Below, piece after piece: positions 9,829-19,429 of a stretch of 36,666 bases of DNA. The first letter of the stretch is position 1, and every line of letters starts with the position of its first letter. The notes under the pieces are model-generated. The model searched no databases and had not been told where the DNA came from. It saw only the letters and a list, made by a program, of their open reading frames with translations. This DNA is from Clostridia bacterium (lineage in GTDB: Bacteria; Bacillota; Clostridia; UMGS1883), in NCBI GenBank assembly GCA_045649225.1, contig JAZRPN010000060.1, positions 1 through 36,666 on the forward strand, in the 5' to 3' direction. Made by a program: the position numbers and the translations under genes.

Positions 9829-11571
9829 ATGAAAAAAACACTAAGAAGTATCATTTGCTGTCTCTTATGCATTGTGATGGCTTCTCTGTCAGTAATTGCT
9901 GCAGGGCCTACAATGAATATGAGCTGGTATGGTGATTACACAAACAACAAACTGGTGATTAAGTTTACATCGCCTGCACCATACAACCAGCAGGTTACGG
10001 CGGTAATGTATAGAACAAGCGTTGTGGGAACTCCCACAAACGCAGACTATCTCCGCGTGGCTGAGGTAACATCGCGCGGCGGTCAGGAAATGACAATTAC
10101 CTTCACAATCACAAGCGACCTTACAGACGGTCAGTATTATGTAAGGCTTCAGGGTAACGGCGTTAGTGCAGCACTCTGCAAGGAAACACAGGTTGTTTCA
10201 ATCAAAACACCCGGTCAGGCAGATTCGCTTGTTGCAAGCATAAACAGTGCAACTGCAAACAGCGGTGATCCTAACTACATCGGAGGCTTCATTGAACCCA
10301 TTGCAGCGGACCTCGGCATTACAATCCCCGGCGACGCTACACTTAAGGGCAAAATAATGACTGCTCTTGTAAACACCCGTGATACTGAGTACACAAATGC
10401 TCAGACAGGCGTTAAATTCCTGAATCTTGACCAGGTAAGAGATGCATATAACAAATCAGAGATTATCGTATCTCTTCACGAGGCATCGGCTACAGCCAGC
10501 GGCATTCAGGCTTTGGTAGAAGCAAATGCAGACCTTCTTCAGTTTGATATAACAGAAGAGGATTATGCTCTGGAAGCTTCCTATATATATAATATGATAG
10601 TTTCAAACAAGGCAACCTACGAGGGAACAGGTATCCACTCCTGCACAACACTTGTTGATGCTATCAAAAAGTACAGAGCAATCAAAGAGATTAACGATGG
10701 TACGCTCAGCCCTGTAAATACACTCCACGGAGTAATGGTTAAATATCACAATGACCTTGGTGTTTCAGCAGATAGCTGGAGCAAGTACACAGGCTTTGAA
10801 GACGACAGCCAGCGCGAGAGCGTTCTCCGTCAGATTTACAACAAGGGCTTTGCAGTTCCTTCAGTTGCTAAAAGCACTTTCGAAAACGGCGTAACAACCG
10901 TTTATAACCTCGTTAACGGCGGTGGCGACCTCGGAGACGGTGGCGGCGGTAGCCCCAGCGGCGGTGGCGACAGCTTCAGCGTAGGTAATGAAGCAGGCTC
11001 ACTCAGTGAAAAGCCTAACCCCGTTCCGACAGTCAGAGGCTTCTATGACTGTGATGAAAATCACTGGGCATACAGCTATGTTAAGGATTTGTATGACCTC
11101 GGATTTGTTTCAGGCTATGCTGATGGTTCATATCTTCCCGAAAACAATGTTACAAGAGAAGAATTTGTTAAAATGATAATCGGTGCGGCAGGTCTTTACA
11201 ATGCAAATGCAGATTGTAATTTTGCAGATGTTCCTGCATCATCATGGTCATATAAGTATGTAGCATCTGCTTATGCAAACGGCATCGTTGTTGGAACTTC
11301 CGAATCAGGTTTTGGCGCGAAGAGCTACATTACGCGTGAAGATGTTTGCGTTATCGCTGCAAGAATTCTTGCAAAATACGGCAAGGAGCTTGGTGGCGAA
11401 AGCAAATTCACAGATGCAGACTCCATCAGCGACTACGCTAAGGACAGCGTTGATGCTCTTGTAGAGCTCGGCATCATCAACGGCTTCGAAGATGGTAGCT
11501 TCGATGCAAAGGGACTTCTCACTCGTGCACAGGCAGCTAAGATTATCAGCCTGCTTCGTGCAGCCATCTGA
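9829..11571 (+). CDS. Secreted 580-aa cell-wall-anchored protein (P2) with three C-terminal SLH domains
   Basis: It has a signal peptide (CCLLCIVMASLSVIAA) and a Gly-rich linker (GGGDLGDGGGGSPSGGGD). Three SLH repeats follow from nt 11041: FYDCDENHWAYSYVKDLYDLGFVSGY..., FADVPASSWSYKYVASAYANGIVVG... and FTDADSISDYAKDSVDALVELGIINGF.... SD AAAGGTGG is present, and the gene starts 1 nt after the P1 stop. Confidence 0.85.
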   Translation: MKKTLRSIICCLLCIVMASLSVIAAGPTMNMSWYGDYTNNKLVIKFTSPAPYNQQVTAVMYRTSVVGTPTNADYLRVAEVTSRGGQEMTITFTITSDLTDGQYYVRLQGNGVSAALCKETQVVSIKTPGQADSLVASINSATANSGDPNYIGGFIEPIAADLGITIPGDATLKGKIMTALVNTRDTEYTNAQTGVKFLNLDQVRDAYNKSEIIVSLHEASATASGIQALVEANADLLQFDITEEDYALEASYIYNMIVSNKATYEGTGIHSCTTLVDAIKKYRAIKEINDGTLSPVNTLHGVMVKYHNDLGVSADSWSKYTGFEDDSQRESVLRQIYNKGFAVPSVAKSTFENGVTTVYNLVNGGGDLGDGGGGSPSGGGDSFSVGNEAGSLSEKPNPVPTVRGFYDCDENHWAYSYVKDLYDLGFVSGYADGSYLPENNVTREEFVKMIIGAAGLYNANADCNFADVPASSWSYKYVASAYANGIVVGTSESGFGAKSYITREDVCVIAARILAKYGKELGGESKFTDADSISDYAKDSVDALVELGIINGFEDGSFDAKGLLTRAQAAKIISLLRAAI

Positions 11572-11597
11572 TAATGGAAGAAAAGGAGCGATGTATT

Positions 11598-14294
11598 ATG
11601 AAATTTAATAAGAAACTACTGGCTTTGCTTTTGTCATTATCAGTTATTTTCACAAGCTTTGGAGTAATGGCAGAAACGCCCGTAACTACTACTGCTGCAA
11701 CTGCAGCAAGAGAAATTCCGATTGAATCTGCAGAATATGACATTTTGCAGGCTCTCGGCTACATTGGCGAGGATATTAAAATCCTCAACGGCGACAGTGC
11801 TTTCACAAGAGCACAGTTTATCGGCACACTTTTTAAGGTTGCAGGCTTCCCCGCAGTTGAATATGCTGCAGAAGACCTTACCTTTGCCGATGTAACAGAA
11901 ACAACCGCCTACAAAGATGAAATTCAGTATTTCTACAACGCAGGTTATATAAATGGAACATCAGCCTATGAGTTTTCACCGAACAACCACGTTACATATC
12001 AGCAGGCGGCAAAAATCATTGTTGACCTTCTCGGCTACAAGGATTTTGCAATTAACCGCTACGGAAATGATATGAATGCTTTTGTTTCAATGGCTCAAAA
12101 GCTTGACCTTACTCACAATATGGCAATCGGCAATGTTGCAGCACCGCTTACTGCACAAAATGCTATTATAATGCTTTACAATGCAGGTCGTACAAAGGTG
12201 TTCGAAGCATCTTACTACGAAAGCACAGGCGATATCGTTTACAATAGCTGGAACGGTCCTGAACTTTTTGAGAAAAACAGCAACATCTACTATGGCACAG
12301 GCCTTATGCAGTCGAATGGTTTGGTTTCCATCCTTTCGTCAAATCCGAACGAGAGCTTTGCACGTATAAGCGGCGTTGATTATCTTCTTTCAGATGTTGA
12401 CCTTACAGGTCTTGTAGGTCTTAATGTTGAGTTCCACTACAAAAAGGAAAATGGAACAAAAACACTTATCTGGGCAGGCCTTAAGGATAACAGCTCTATG
12501 CTTGAAATTCAGGCAGCTGATCTTGATACAGGCGATGCAAGATATGACATGGATACCATTGTTTACAGAAAAAACAACAAGGGTATAGTTGCAAATCTTG
12601 ACAGCTACTGTAATGTGATTTACAACAACTCACTTTACAACAGCTACAACCTTACACACATTCAGCCTGAAATGGGCTTTATCCGCTTGGTTGACAGCGA
12701 CAATGATAAGGACTATGACCTCGTTATTGTTGAGGAATATCAGAATATTTTCGTTATTAACAAGGCATCTGGTCTGGCGTATGTAAGTGATAAATACAAT
12801 AACCCCATCAAGTTTGAAGATTATGAAAACGTTAAGGTTTACAAAGACGGCAAGGAAGGCTCACAGGATGATATTGTATTAAATACTGTCCTTACCTGCG
12901 TTGCTGATGTAAACAAGAAGAACCTTGTTGTTTACGTTAATACCGAAGTATACAAAACCAAGCTTATCTCTTACACAGAGGAAGCAGGAAAGGTAATTCT
13001 TGAGTTTGAAGAGCTCACAACACAGTTTGCTCCAAGCTATCTGAGCCTTGACCCTGCCAAGTATAATATAATAGACCCCCGTCCCGGTAGACTCTATACA
13101 ATCTACCTTGATAAAGAGGGTAACATCGCAGAAATTCAGGAAAACCCCGACGGCGTACTTGAGTATGCTTACGTTATAAAGGCAATGCCCAATGATGAAA
13201 GAAACGCTGAGCCAAACTCAGCAGTATTCAGACTTCTTCTTGAAAGCGGTAACTTCGTAAATGCTACAACAAAGAAGAAAATCAAACTTAACGGCGTTCC
13301 CAACAAAACAGGTCAGGATATCTTAAACACTCCTCAGCTTTGGAGAAATGTTCTTGACGGCGGCGGAAACGTAATCGGTACAGAGATTGACGAGCAGGTT
13401 GTTCGTGTAACTCTTAACGAAGAGGGCGAAATTACCGAGTTTGAGTTTGCTTACGATAACAGAAATGACACAGGCTACGGCTTTGATGAGACAAAATTCT
13501 CACTTGACTACGAGGGTACCGGAGGCTACGGCGACAGCAACAACGGCTACATGATTGCAAGCAGATACATGACCGATGGTACAACAAAGCTCTTCATAAA
13601 GTATGACGGCGTTGACCTTGAAGAGCCGTATGCAGTTATCAGCCATACCGCCTTCAGAAAAGTATCAGGTACAACAGTGCGTGTATACGACTCTAACTCA
13701 GCACGTCTGGCAAGGGTTGTTACAGGTGTTCACAACGCAGTATCATATAACACCATGTATGCATTCCTTGTAGACTCTATAGTTTACAAAAAGATAGACG
13801 GCGAGACCGTTAAGTGTATCGCAGGCTGGTATGGTGCTGCATGGAAGGAAATGCCCGAGTATTCAGAGGGCGTAATCCCCAACACAATCAAGCGTGGCGA
13901 CCTTTTGTCAGTTTCACAGATGGATAACAAGATTACAAAAGTCGAATACATCAACTCTCTGGCAGACAGGCCTGCTCCCTTCTTCAGCGGAAGAAACCTG
14001 TTCTCATACTTCTATTCTATGAGCACAAGCACACTTTGCGTTCTCACACCTGCGGGTAACGAGGCAACCTACGGTGCAATCTTCCCGTCATGGATTAAGA
14101 GTACAAAGGTTGCAATCACAGTTTACGATGTTAAAAACGACGATATGTATGTAACCACTATAGAAGACGTTGCACCGTTTAAAGCTCCTGATGCAACAGG
14201 TGCATTCACTCCGGAAGCCAGCGACGTTATGGTTTACATGAACCGTTACGACAGTGGTAACTATGTAACAGATATAATAGTAGTGTTATATTGA
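11598..14294 (+). CDS. Secreted 898-aa SLH-domain protein (P3), candidate S-layer or S-layer-associated protein
   Basis: The start was moved to the ATG at 11598 (MKFNKKLLALLLSLSVIFTSFGVMA) because AAGGAG lies 9 nt upstream. N-terminal SLH-like repeats include FADVTETTAYKDEIQYFYNAGYINGTSAYEFSPNNHVTYQQAAKIIVDLLG. The rest is a long beta-rich body containing GFIRLVDSDNDKDYDLVIVEEY. Confidence 0.8.
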   Translation: MKFNKKLLALLLSLSVIFTSFGVMAETPVTTTAATAAREIPIESAEYDILQALGYIGEDIKILNGDSAFTRAQFIGTLFKVAGFPAVEYAAEDLTFADVTETTAYKDEIQYFYNAGYINGTSAYEFSPNNHVTYQQAAKIIVDLLGYKDFAINRYGNDMNAFVSMAQKLDLTHNMAIGNVAAPLTAQNAIIMLYNAGRTKVFEASYYESTGDIVYNSWNGPELFEKNSNIYYGTGLMQSNGLVSILSSNPNESFARISGVDYLLSDVDLTGLVGLNVEFHYKKENGTKTLIWAGLKDNSSMLEIQAADLDTGDARYDMDTIVYRKNNKGIVANLDSYCNVIYNNSLYNSYNLTHIQPEMGFIRLVDSDNDKDYDLVIVEEYQNIFVINKASGLAYVSDKYNNPIKFEDYENVKVYKDGKEGSQDDIVLNTVLTCVADVNKKNLVVYVNTEVYKTKLISYTEEAGKVILEFEELTTQFAPSYLSLDPAKYNIIDPRPGRLYTIYLDKEGNIAEIQENPDGVLEYAYVIKAMPNDERNAEPNSAVFRLLLESGNFVNATTKKKIKLNGVPNKTGQDILNTPQLWRNVLDGGGNVIGTEIDEQVVRVTLNEEGEITEFEFAYDNRNDTGYGFDETKFSLDYEGTGGYGDSNNGYMIASRYMTDGTTKLFIKYDGVDLEEPYAVISHTAFRKVSGTTVRVYDSNSARLARVVTGVHNAVSYNTMYAFLVDSIVYKKIDGETVKCIAGWYGAAWKEMPEYSEGVIPNTIKRGDLLSVSQMDNKITKVEYINSLADRPAPFFSGRNLFSYFYSMSTSTLCVLTPAGNEATYGAIFPSWIKSTKVAITVYDVKNDDMYVTTIEDVAPFKAPDATGAFTPEASDVMVYMNRYDSGNYVTDIIVVLY

Positions 14295-14313
14295 TAAAAG
14301 AAGGTGGTAAATT

Positions 14314-17268
14314 ATGAAAACATTAAAAAATATTTTATCTAAGGCACTATTATTGTCGCTCACACTCGCTATGTGTGTTAGCATGACTATTGGTGCTGAA
14401 GATGCACAGTGGTCTGAAGTTTTCACAGAAAACTACGATAATAAAACATCGGTTCCTACCGATTATATTACCCCCGATACAGACACCAAATTTAGTACAA
14501 AAATTTCAGACGGCGCTTTGGAAACAAAGTATACCAGCGCTGTATACATTGAGCCTGCCGGCATGAGCAATAGAACAGCTACACTTACAACTGATTCCGG
14601 GCTTGTTGAAGTATTTAAGAATGGTAGCTATAGGGCATACCTGCAGGATACAGTAACAGATGCGTACACCTTTAAGGTGTTCTCAGAGACCGGTAACAAC
14701 ACCTATTTTGTTACCGATATGGGTGGCAGTAAGGCCTTCAGAATAGGCTCACATGCCGTTGCAGCGAATAAGTTCAGATACAACAGACTTTGGCTTCTTG
14801 CAGATAAGAACCAGCAGGTTTTCACAACAAGCGATAACGATGCAAGAATTGTAGTTGAATATTATGCGGTAGACGATACTCCCGACAATGACTTCGGGAT
14901 GGCGCAAACTCTTACAGTTAATTACAAGAATTCCTCAGATGCAGCTAAAAGTCAAACCCTTACAATAGCAGACAGTGATCTGAACACATGGAAAACATGG
15001 GAAATTGATCTTAATGATATTGATTTAACAAAGACAACAACAAAGGACAATTCTCCCTGGAACATTAGCTTTTCGACACCGTATACTGCCGAGCTGAATG
15101 CTGTGCCAACTGTAGCTTCTCTCACAGCAAGCCAAAGGGACCCCGGCTTTGAGGTATACATCCGCAGTGTAAGAATTATAAAGGTGGAAGACACCTCAAC
15201 TCCTGTGTTTGACAACACAAAGAGAACTGTAAAAATCCCCCTTGGAACAGGCGGAAACTGTGGTGATACCAAGGTTTCATTTGATTTGAAAGTTAGTGCA
15301 GAGGACTACAGTGAAGATGGAGCATACCGTGTAAGCCTTGCTAACGAAAACCAGGATGAGCTTGCAACACTTCAGATCGAAGACAACGGCAGCACACAGT
15401 CTATCTACACAATCTCTTCTGACGGTTCAGGTAACGAGGTTAAGTCTGCGGCGCTTTACACAGGCGATATCCTTGATCAAACTATTAACTTTACCCTTGG
15501 TCTCAGCTTCAGAGATAGGACCTTTACGCTCAGCGCATTAAACGGAAGCGATACGCTTATCGAAGAAACAGCTCCCGTTGCTATCAACAATCTTGATCAG
15601 GTTCCGGGCTGTGCATTTGCCGACTATCTTGTAATAACTCACTCAAAGAACACAGTGGGAACAGTGGCAACTATCGATAATATCTCGCTTCAGTATACAG
15701 AGGATGGGGCAGGCGTTCTGGCAAAGGAAGACCTTGATGCTATAGATCTTGACGCTTTGGTTGAAGATTCATTTGTACTTCCGAATACAGGTGATATAAA
15801 CGGTGCCGACATCGAATGGGTATCAAGCGATCCTTCAATACTTGAAATTTTAGTAGAGGACGGCGTTTATACTGCGACACCTATCTGCGATGTGGAAGCA
15901 CAGGAAGTTACACTTACCGCTACTGCAACCATTGATGTGGTATCGTGTACAAAGGAATTTACAATTACAGTTGCAGAACACGCAGACCACATAAAGCTTG
16001 AAGAGGAAGTAGCAGCACTCGAGCTCGAGGAACTCGGCGGTACAGGTCGTGCATCAGCAGACTTTACTGTTCCCACACAGGGTAGCGACGAAAATGTCTA
16101 TGTTTCATGGTCAAGCGACGACATTGACTACACAGACGGTGCAGCAATCATCGTATCTGGCGGCGTAGCACAGGTTTTCCGCGGTGAGTGGGACACAGTT
16201 GTAACACTTACTGCTACAATCACTGTAGGAAACTTCTCAGACACTAAGGATTTTGTAATCACAATTCCCGGTCTTGAAGGCGTTAAGGCTACAATCGGTG
16301 CAATGACAGAAACTCCCTCAACAGTAGAAGGTATAAACTACATTAGCTCTGCAGTAAGAGTTTCATCACCCGGCGTAAGCGGACCTCTTACATTTGCGGC
16401 ATTCTCACTTGACGCAAACGGAAATGTAGTAGATAGAGAGGAACACACTCAGGTTGTTTCAGAATATTCTACTTACGACTTTGCTATCACAAACCTTCAA
16501 ACAACAGGCGCAACAGAAGTTAAGTACTACTTCTGGGATGCAAATGGTGTTTCAATTATAAACAACGAGCCTACTCAGGTTAAGGACCTTGTTGCAGAGG
16601 GTAAGGCAAGAGGTGTAAGACTTAACTGGACAGCTTCGGTGGATGACTTCGAATCAATTGCTTACTATGCAGTATACAGAGATGGTGCTCTCATAGATAT
16701 GGTAATAGATTCAACAACCTACCTTGATACCGAGGTGGTTGTGGGCGAAGAGCATACCTACACAGTTGTACCTTTTGATAAGAACGACCTTTGCCCCGCA
16801 AACAGTAACGAAAGCTCAGCGGCTTCTCTTAGCATGTACTATATCGACTTCGAGCACGGCACTATGGACGGCTTTGCAGAACATTCACCCGGTGGTAGCT
16901 ACGTTATCTGGTATGCTTCAAGCATAGACGGTGTACCTGCTGCATATGCCGCAAACGGTAAAGCTATCGGCTTGAAGATCCCCAAGATTTCTACTACAGA
17001 TACTGACATAACATTCGAAATAACTTTCTACGACAATGATACAGTGCTCAGACTTGACTACATGTTGTCAGACGGCGTTACAAGAGTACAGAATCATGAA
17101 ATTCCGGGATCAGGTGGAAACACAGGAACATGGAAGACAGTTGCCGTAAGAGCTAGTAACATTGGTATTGTCGGCTCAACTGTAGTTTCAGGAAGCGACC
17201 TTAATATCGCAGGCGGAGAGAAGTACATCAGAAAGATCAGAGCTATTCAAACTGAAAAGTACGAATAA
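14314..17268 (+). CDS. Secreted 984-aa multidomain protein (P4): beta-sandwich modules, two Ig-like repeats and an Fn3-like domain
   Basis: It has a signal peptide (ALLLSLTLAMCVSMTIGA/ED). Two tandem repeats of the pattern LP..G..G..I.W.SS.......G.......D..VTLTATI......TK.F.ITV lie at about nt 15720-16270. An Fn3-like segment reads GVRLNWTASVDDFESIAYYAVYRDGALI...YLDTEVVVGEEHTYTVVPFD. SD GAAGGTGG is present. Confidence 0.8.
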   Translation: MKTLKNILSKALLLSLTLAMCVSMTIGAEDAQWSEVFTENYDNKTSVPTDYITPDTDTKFSTKISDGALETKYTSAVYIEPAGMSNRTATLTTDSGLVEVFKNGSYRAYLQDTVTDAYTFKVFSETGNNTYFVTDMGGSKAFRIGSHAVAANKFRYNRLWLLADKNQQVFTTSDNDARIVVEYYAVDDTPDNDFGMAQTLTVNYKNSSDAAKSQTLTIADSDLNTWKTWEIDLNDIDLTKTTTKDNSPWNISFSTPYTAELNAVPTVASLTASQRDPGFEVYIRSVRIIKVEDTSTPVFDNTKRTVKIPLGTGGNCGDTKVSFDLKVSAEDYSEDGAYRVSLANENQDELATLQIEDNGSTQSIYTISSDGSGNEVKSAALYTGDILDQTINFTLGLSFRDRTFTLSALNGSDTLIEETAPVAINNLDQVPGCAFADYLVITHSKNTVGTVATIDNISLQYTEDGAGVLAKEDLDAIDLDALVEDSFVLPNTGDINGADIEWVSSDPSILEILVEDGVYTATPICDVEAQEVTLTATATIDVVSCTKEFTITVAEHADHIKLEEEVAALELEELGGTGRASADFTVPTQGSDENVYVSWSSDDIDYTDGAAIIVSGGVAQVFRGEWDTVVTLTATITVGNFSDTKDFVITIPGLEGVKATIGAMTETPSTVEGINYISSAVRVSSPGVSGPLTFAAFSLDANGNVVDREEHTQVVSEYSTYDFAITNLQTTGATEVKYYFWDANGVSIINNEPTQVKDLVAEGKARGVRLNWTASVDDFESIAYYAVYRDGALIDMVIDSTTYLDTEVVVGEEHTYTVVPFDKNDLCPANSNESSAASLSMYYIDFEHGTMDGFAEHSPGGSYVIWYASSIDGVPAAYAANGKAIGLKIPKISTTDTDITFEITFYDNDTVLRLDYMLSDGVTRVQNHEIPGSGGNTGTWKTVAVRASNIGIVGSTVVSGSDLNIAGGEKYIRKIRAIQTEKYE

Positions 17269-17275
17269 TAAACAC

Positions 17276-17310
17276 AAAAAAGAACAGATGCATAGCATCT
17301 GTTCTTTTTT
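17276..17310. terminator. Bidirectional intrinsic terminator ending the surface-protein operon
   Basis: AAAAAA-GAACAGATGC-ATA-GCATCTGTTC-TTTTTT: a 10-bp stem flanked by an A-run and a T-run. Confidence 0.8.
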
Positions 17311-17328
17311 GTGCAATATAATATAAAC

Positions 17329-17350
17329 GGGGAGGGTCCATGCCCTCCCC
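17329..17350 (-). terminator. GC-rich hairpin directly after the thrS stop; probable thrS terminator element
   Basis: GGGGAGGG-TCCATG-CCCTCCCC lies 8 nt from the thrS stop codon. The U-tract on the minus strand is poor (GTTTAT), so the bidirectional terminator at 17276-17310 may back it up. Confidence 0.45.
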
Positions 17351-17357
17351 ATTAGTT

Positions 17358-19127
17358 TTATTTTGATATACGCTCTTTAGTTTCTTTCTGAATTTTTGCG
17401 ATAAATTCGTCAAGAGACATTTCTGTTGTTTCGCCTGTATCACGGTTACGTACGGATACCGACTGATTTTCTGCCTCGTTAGCTCCAAGGATAAGCATAT
17501 ATGGAACACGCTCCTCCTGCTGTGCCTGACGAATCTTATAACCAATCTTTTCGTTCCTTGTGTCAATCTGTGCACGGATACCTGCGCCTCTGAGAGCCTC
17601 GTAAACAGTGTTTGAATACTCAGCAGTCTTTTCCGAAACGGGAAGAACCTTAACCTGCACAGGTGCAAGCCATGCAGGGAACTTACCTGCATAATGCTCG
17701 GTGATAATACCGATAAATCTTTCGATTGAGCCAAATGCAACACGGTGAATCATAATCGGGCGCTGCTTCTGACCATTTTCATCAACGTATTCAAGGTCAA
17801 AGTTAAGCGGCATCTGGAAGTCAAGCTGAATTGTACCGCACTGCCATGTTCTGCCGATACTGTCACGAAGATGGAAGTCAATCTTAGGTCCGTAGAATGC
17901 ACCGTCGCCCTCGTTGAGAATGTAGTCAAGACCGAGCTTTTCGAGTGCACCGATAAGACCGTTTGTTGCTGCTTCCCAATCTTCGTCGCTGCCCATACTG
18001 TCGTCGGGACGTGTTGAAAGCTCTATAAAGTATTCAAAACCAAACTTTTCGTATACCTGATTGATAAGGTGTACAACACCCATAATTTCGTCAGTAATCT
18101 GGTCCTTACGCATAAAGATGTGAGCATCGTCCTGAGTGAAGCAACGCACTCTGAAAAGACCGTGAAGTGCACCACGAAGCTCGTGGCGGTGAACAAGACC
18201 AAGCTCGCCAACTCTTAAGGGAAGCTCACGGTAGCTGTGCGGCTGGCTCTTATAAACCATAACACCACCGGGGCAGTTCATCGGCTTGATGCAGAAGTCT
18301 TCCTCGTCAATTACGGTTCTGTACATGTTGTCCTTGTAGTGATCCCAGTGGCCGCTTGTTTCCCAAAGATGCTTGTTCATAATAAGCGGTGTCGAAACCT
18401 CAACATAGTTGTCAGCGTAGTGAATATCACGCCAGTAGTCGATGAGTGCGTTTTTAAGTGCCATACCGTTTGGCATAAAGAACGGGAAGCCGGGGCCCTC
18501 CTCGCACATCATAAACATATTCATTTCTTTACCAATTTTTCTGTGGTCGCGCTTTGCAGCCTCTTCTAAAAGACGAAGATGCTCTTCAAGCTCTTCCTTT
18601 GTTGCAAATGCAATACCATTGATTCTTGTAAGCATTTTATTGCTCTTTTCGCCCTTCCAGTAAGCACCTGACTGCTGTGTTACCTTAAACGCCTTAAGAG
18701 CCTTTGTATAGGTAAGATGCGGGCCTACGCACATATCAATGTAGTCTCCCTGCTGATAGAAGCTGATAACAGCGTCTTCGGCAAGGTCATCGATATGCTC
18801 AAGCTTGTACTTCTCTTCTCTGTCTGCCATAAGCTTTTTAGCTTCATCACGGGGAAGAGTAAAAGTCTTGATAGGAAGATTTTCCTTAGTAATCTTCTTC
18901 ATTTCGTTTTCGATTTTCTCGAGGTCTTCATCGGTAAGCTTTGTATCTCCCAAATCAACATCATAGAAAAATCCGTTTTCTGTTGCAGGGCCAAAAGCAA
19001 AGTCCGCATGCGGATAAAGACGCTTTATAGCCTGTGCCATAATGTGTGCTGCAGTGTGGCGGATAATATGGAGCTCTTCGGACTGCTCACATTCTCTTAC
19101 ACTGCCGTCGTTGTAAATAACTTTCAT
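17358..19127 (-). CDS. thrS: Threonine--tRNA ligase
   Basis: The N-terminal TGS domain, the editing-domain HIIRHTAAHIMAQA motif and the class II core (FRVRCFTQDDAHIF, HRxE) are all present. The start is set at MKVIYNDGS (SD AAGGA 8 nt upstream). The track ORF begins 9 nt earlier at 19136. Confidence 0.93.
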   Translation of the reverse strand: MKVIYNDGSVRECEQSEELHIIRHTAAHIMAQAIKRLYPHADFAFGPATENGFFYDVDLGDTKLTDEDLEKIENEMKKITKENLPIKTFTLPRDEAKKLMADREEKYKLEHIDDLAEDAVISFYQQGDYIDMCVGPHLTYTKALKAFKVTQQSGAYWKGEKSNKMLTRINGIAFATKEELEEHLRLLEEAAKRDHRKIGKEMNMFMMCEEGPGFPFFMPNGMALKNALIDYWRDIHYADNYVEVSTPLIMNKHLWETSGHWDHYKDNMYRTVIDEEDFCIKPMNCPGGVMVYKSQPHSYRELPLRVGELGLVHRHELRGALHGLFRVRCFTQDDAHIFMRKDQITDEIMGVVHLINQVYEKFGFEYFIELSTRPDDSMGSDEDWEAATNGLIGALEKLGLDYILNEGDGAFYGPKIDFHLRDSIGRTWQCGTIQLDFQMPLNFDLEYVDENGQKQRPIMIHRVAFGSIERFIGIITEHYAGKFPAWLAPVQVKVLPVSEKTAEYSNTVYEALRGAGIRAQIDTRNEKIGYKIRQAQQEERVPYMLILGANEAENQSVSVRNRDTGETTEMSLDEFIAKIQKETKERISK

Positions 19128-19144
19128 AACTACCATCCTTTTAT

Positions 19145-19386
19145 AAAAATAAAAACACCCTTAACACAAACGTATTAAGGGTGCAAAATTTTGCACGGTT
19201 CCACCTTAATTTTTAACTCAGGGGCTGACCCTTTCCATTAACGCAGGCTCACGATATGGCTTACTGCTATTTCTGCCATACAGCTCCGGAATGGTCTTCA
19301 CTAAAACGCTGTACAGCGCACTTCCAGCAAACGTGCGCCTCTCTCTTATACCCGCATTAAAGCTACTCTTTCCTTCATCGCTTTTC
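19145..19386 (-). promoter_or_regulatory. T-box riboswitch leader of thrS, specifier codon ACC (Thr)
   Basis: Four elements are seen on the minus strand. The stem I start reads AGCGATGAAGGAAAGAGTAG and is followed by an AGAGAG box. The specifier loop GTGAAG-ACC-A places ACC at 19293-19295. The T-box sequence is AATTAAGGTGGAACCGTGC. The terminator is CACCCTTAA...TTAAGGGTG (19156-19183) plus TTTTTATTTTT. Confidence 0.88.
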
Positions 19387-19392
19387 TTAAAG

Positions 19393-19421
19393 AGTATATC
19401 ATACAAATCTTTTTGCGTCAA
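19393..19421 (-). promoter_or_regulatory. Sigma-A type promoter for the thrS T-box leader
   Basis: The minus strand reads TTGACG-17 nt-TGaTATACT (extended -10). The -35 begins only 9 nt downstream of the stop codon of the preceding 397-aa gene. Confidence 0.6.
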
Positions 19422-19429
19422 GATATATT

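Noticed and set aside
8997-9872. A 291-aa ORF on the minus strand, antisense to the 3' end of P1 and the 5' end of P2.
   Set aside because: It lies entirely within strongly supported plus-strand genes. It has no SD, its composition is Cys- and Val-rich and low in complexity, and it has no motifs. This is typical of a frame left open by the codon bias of the sense gene.
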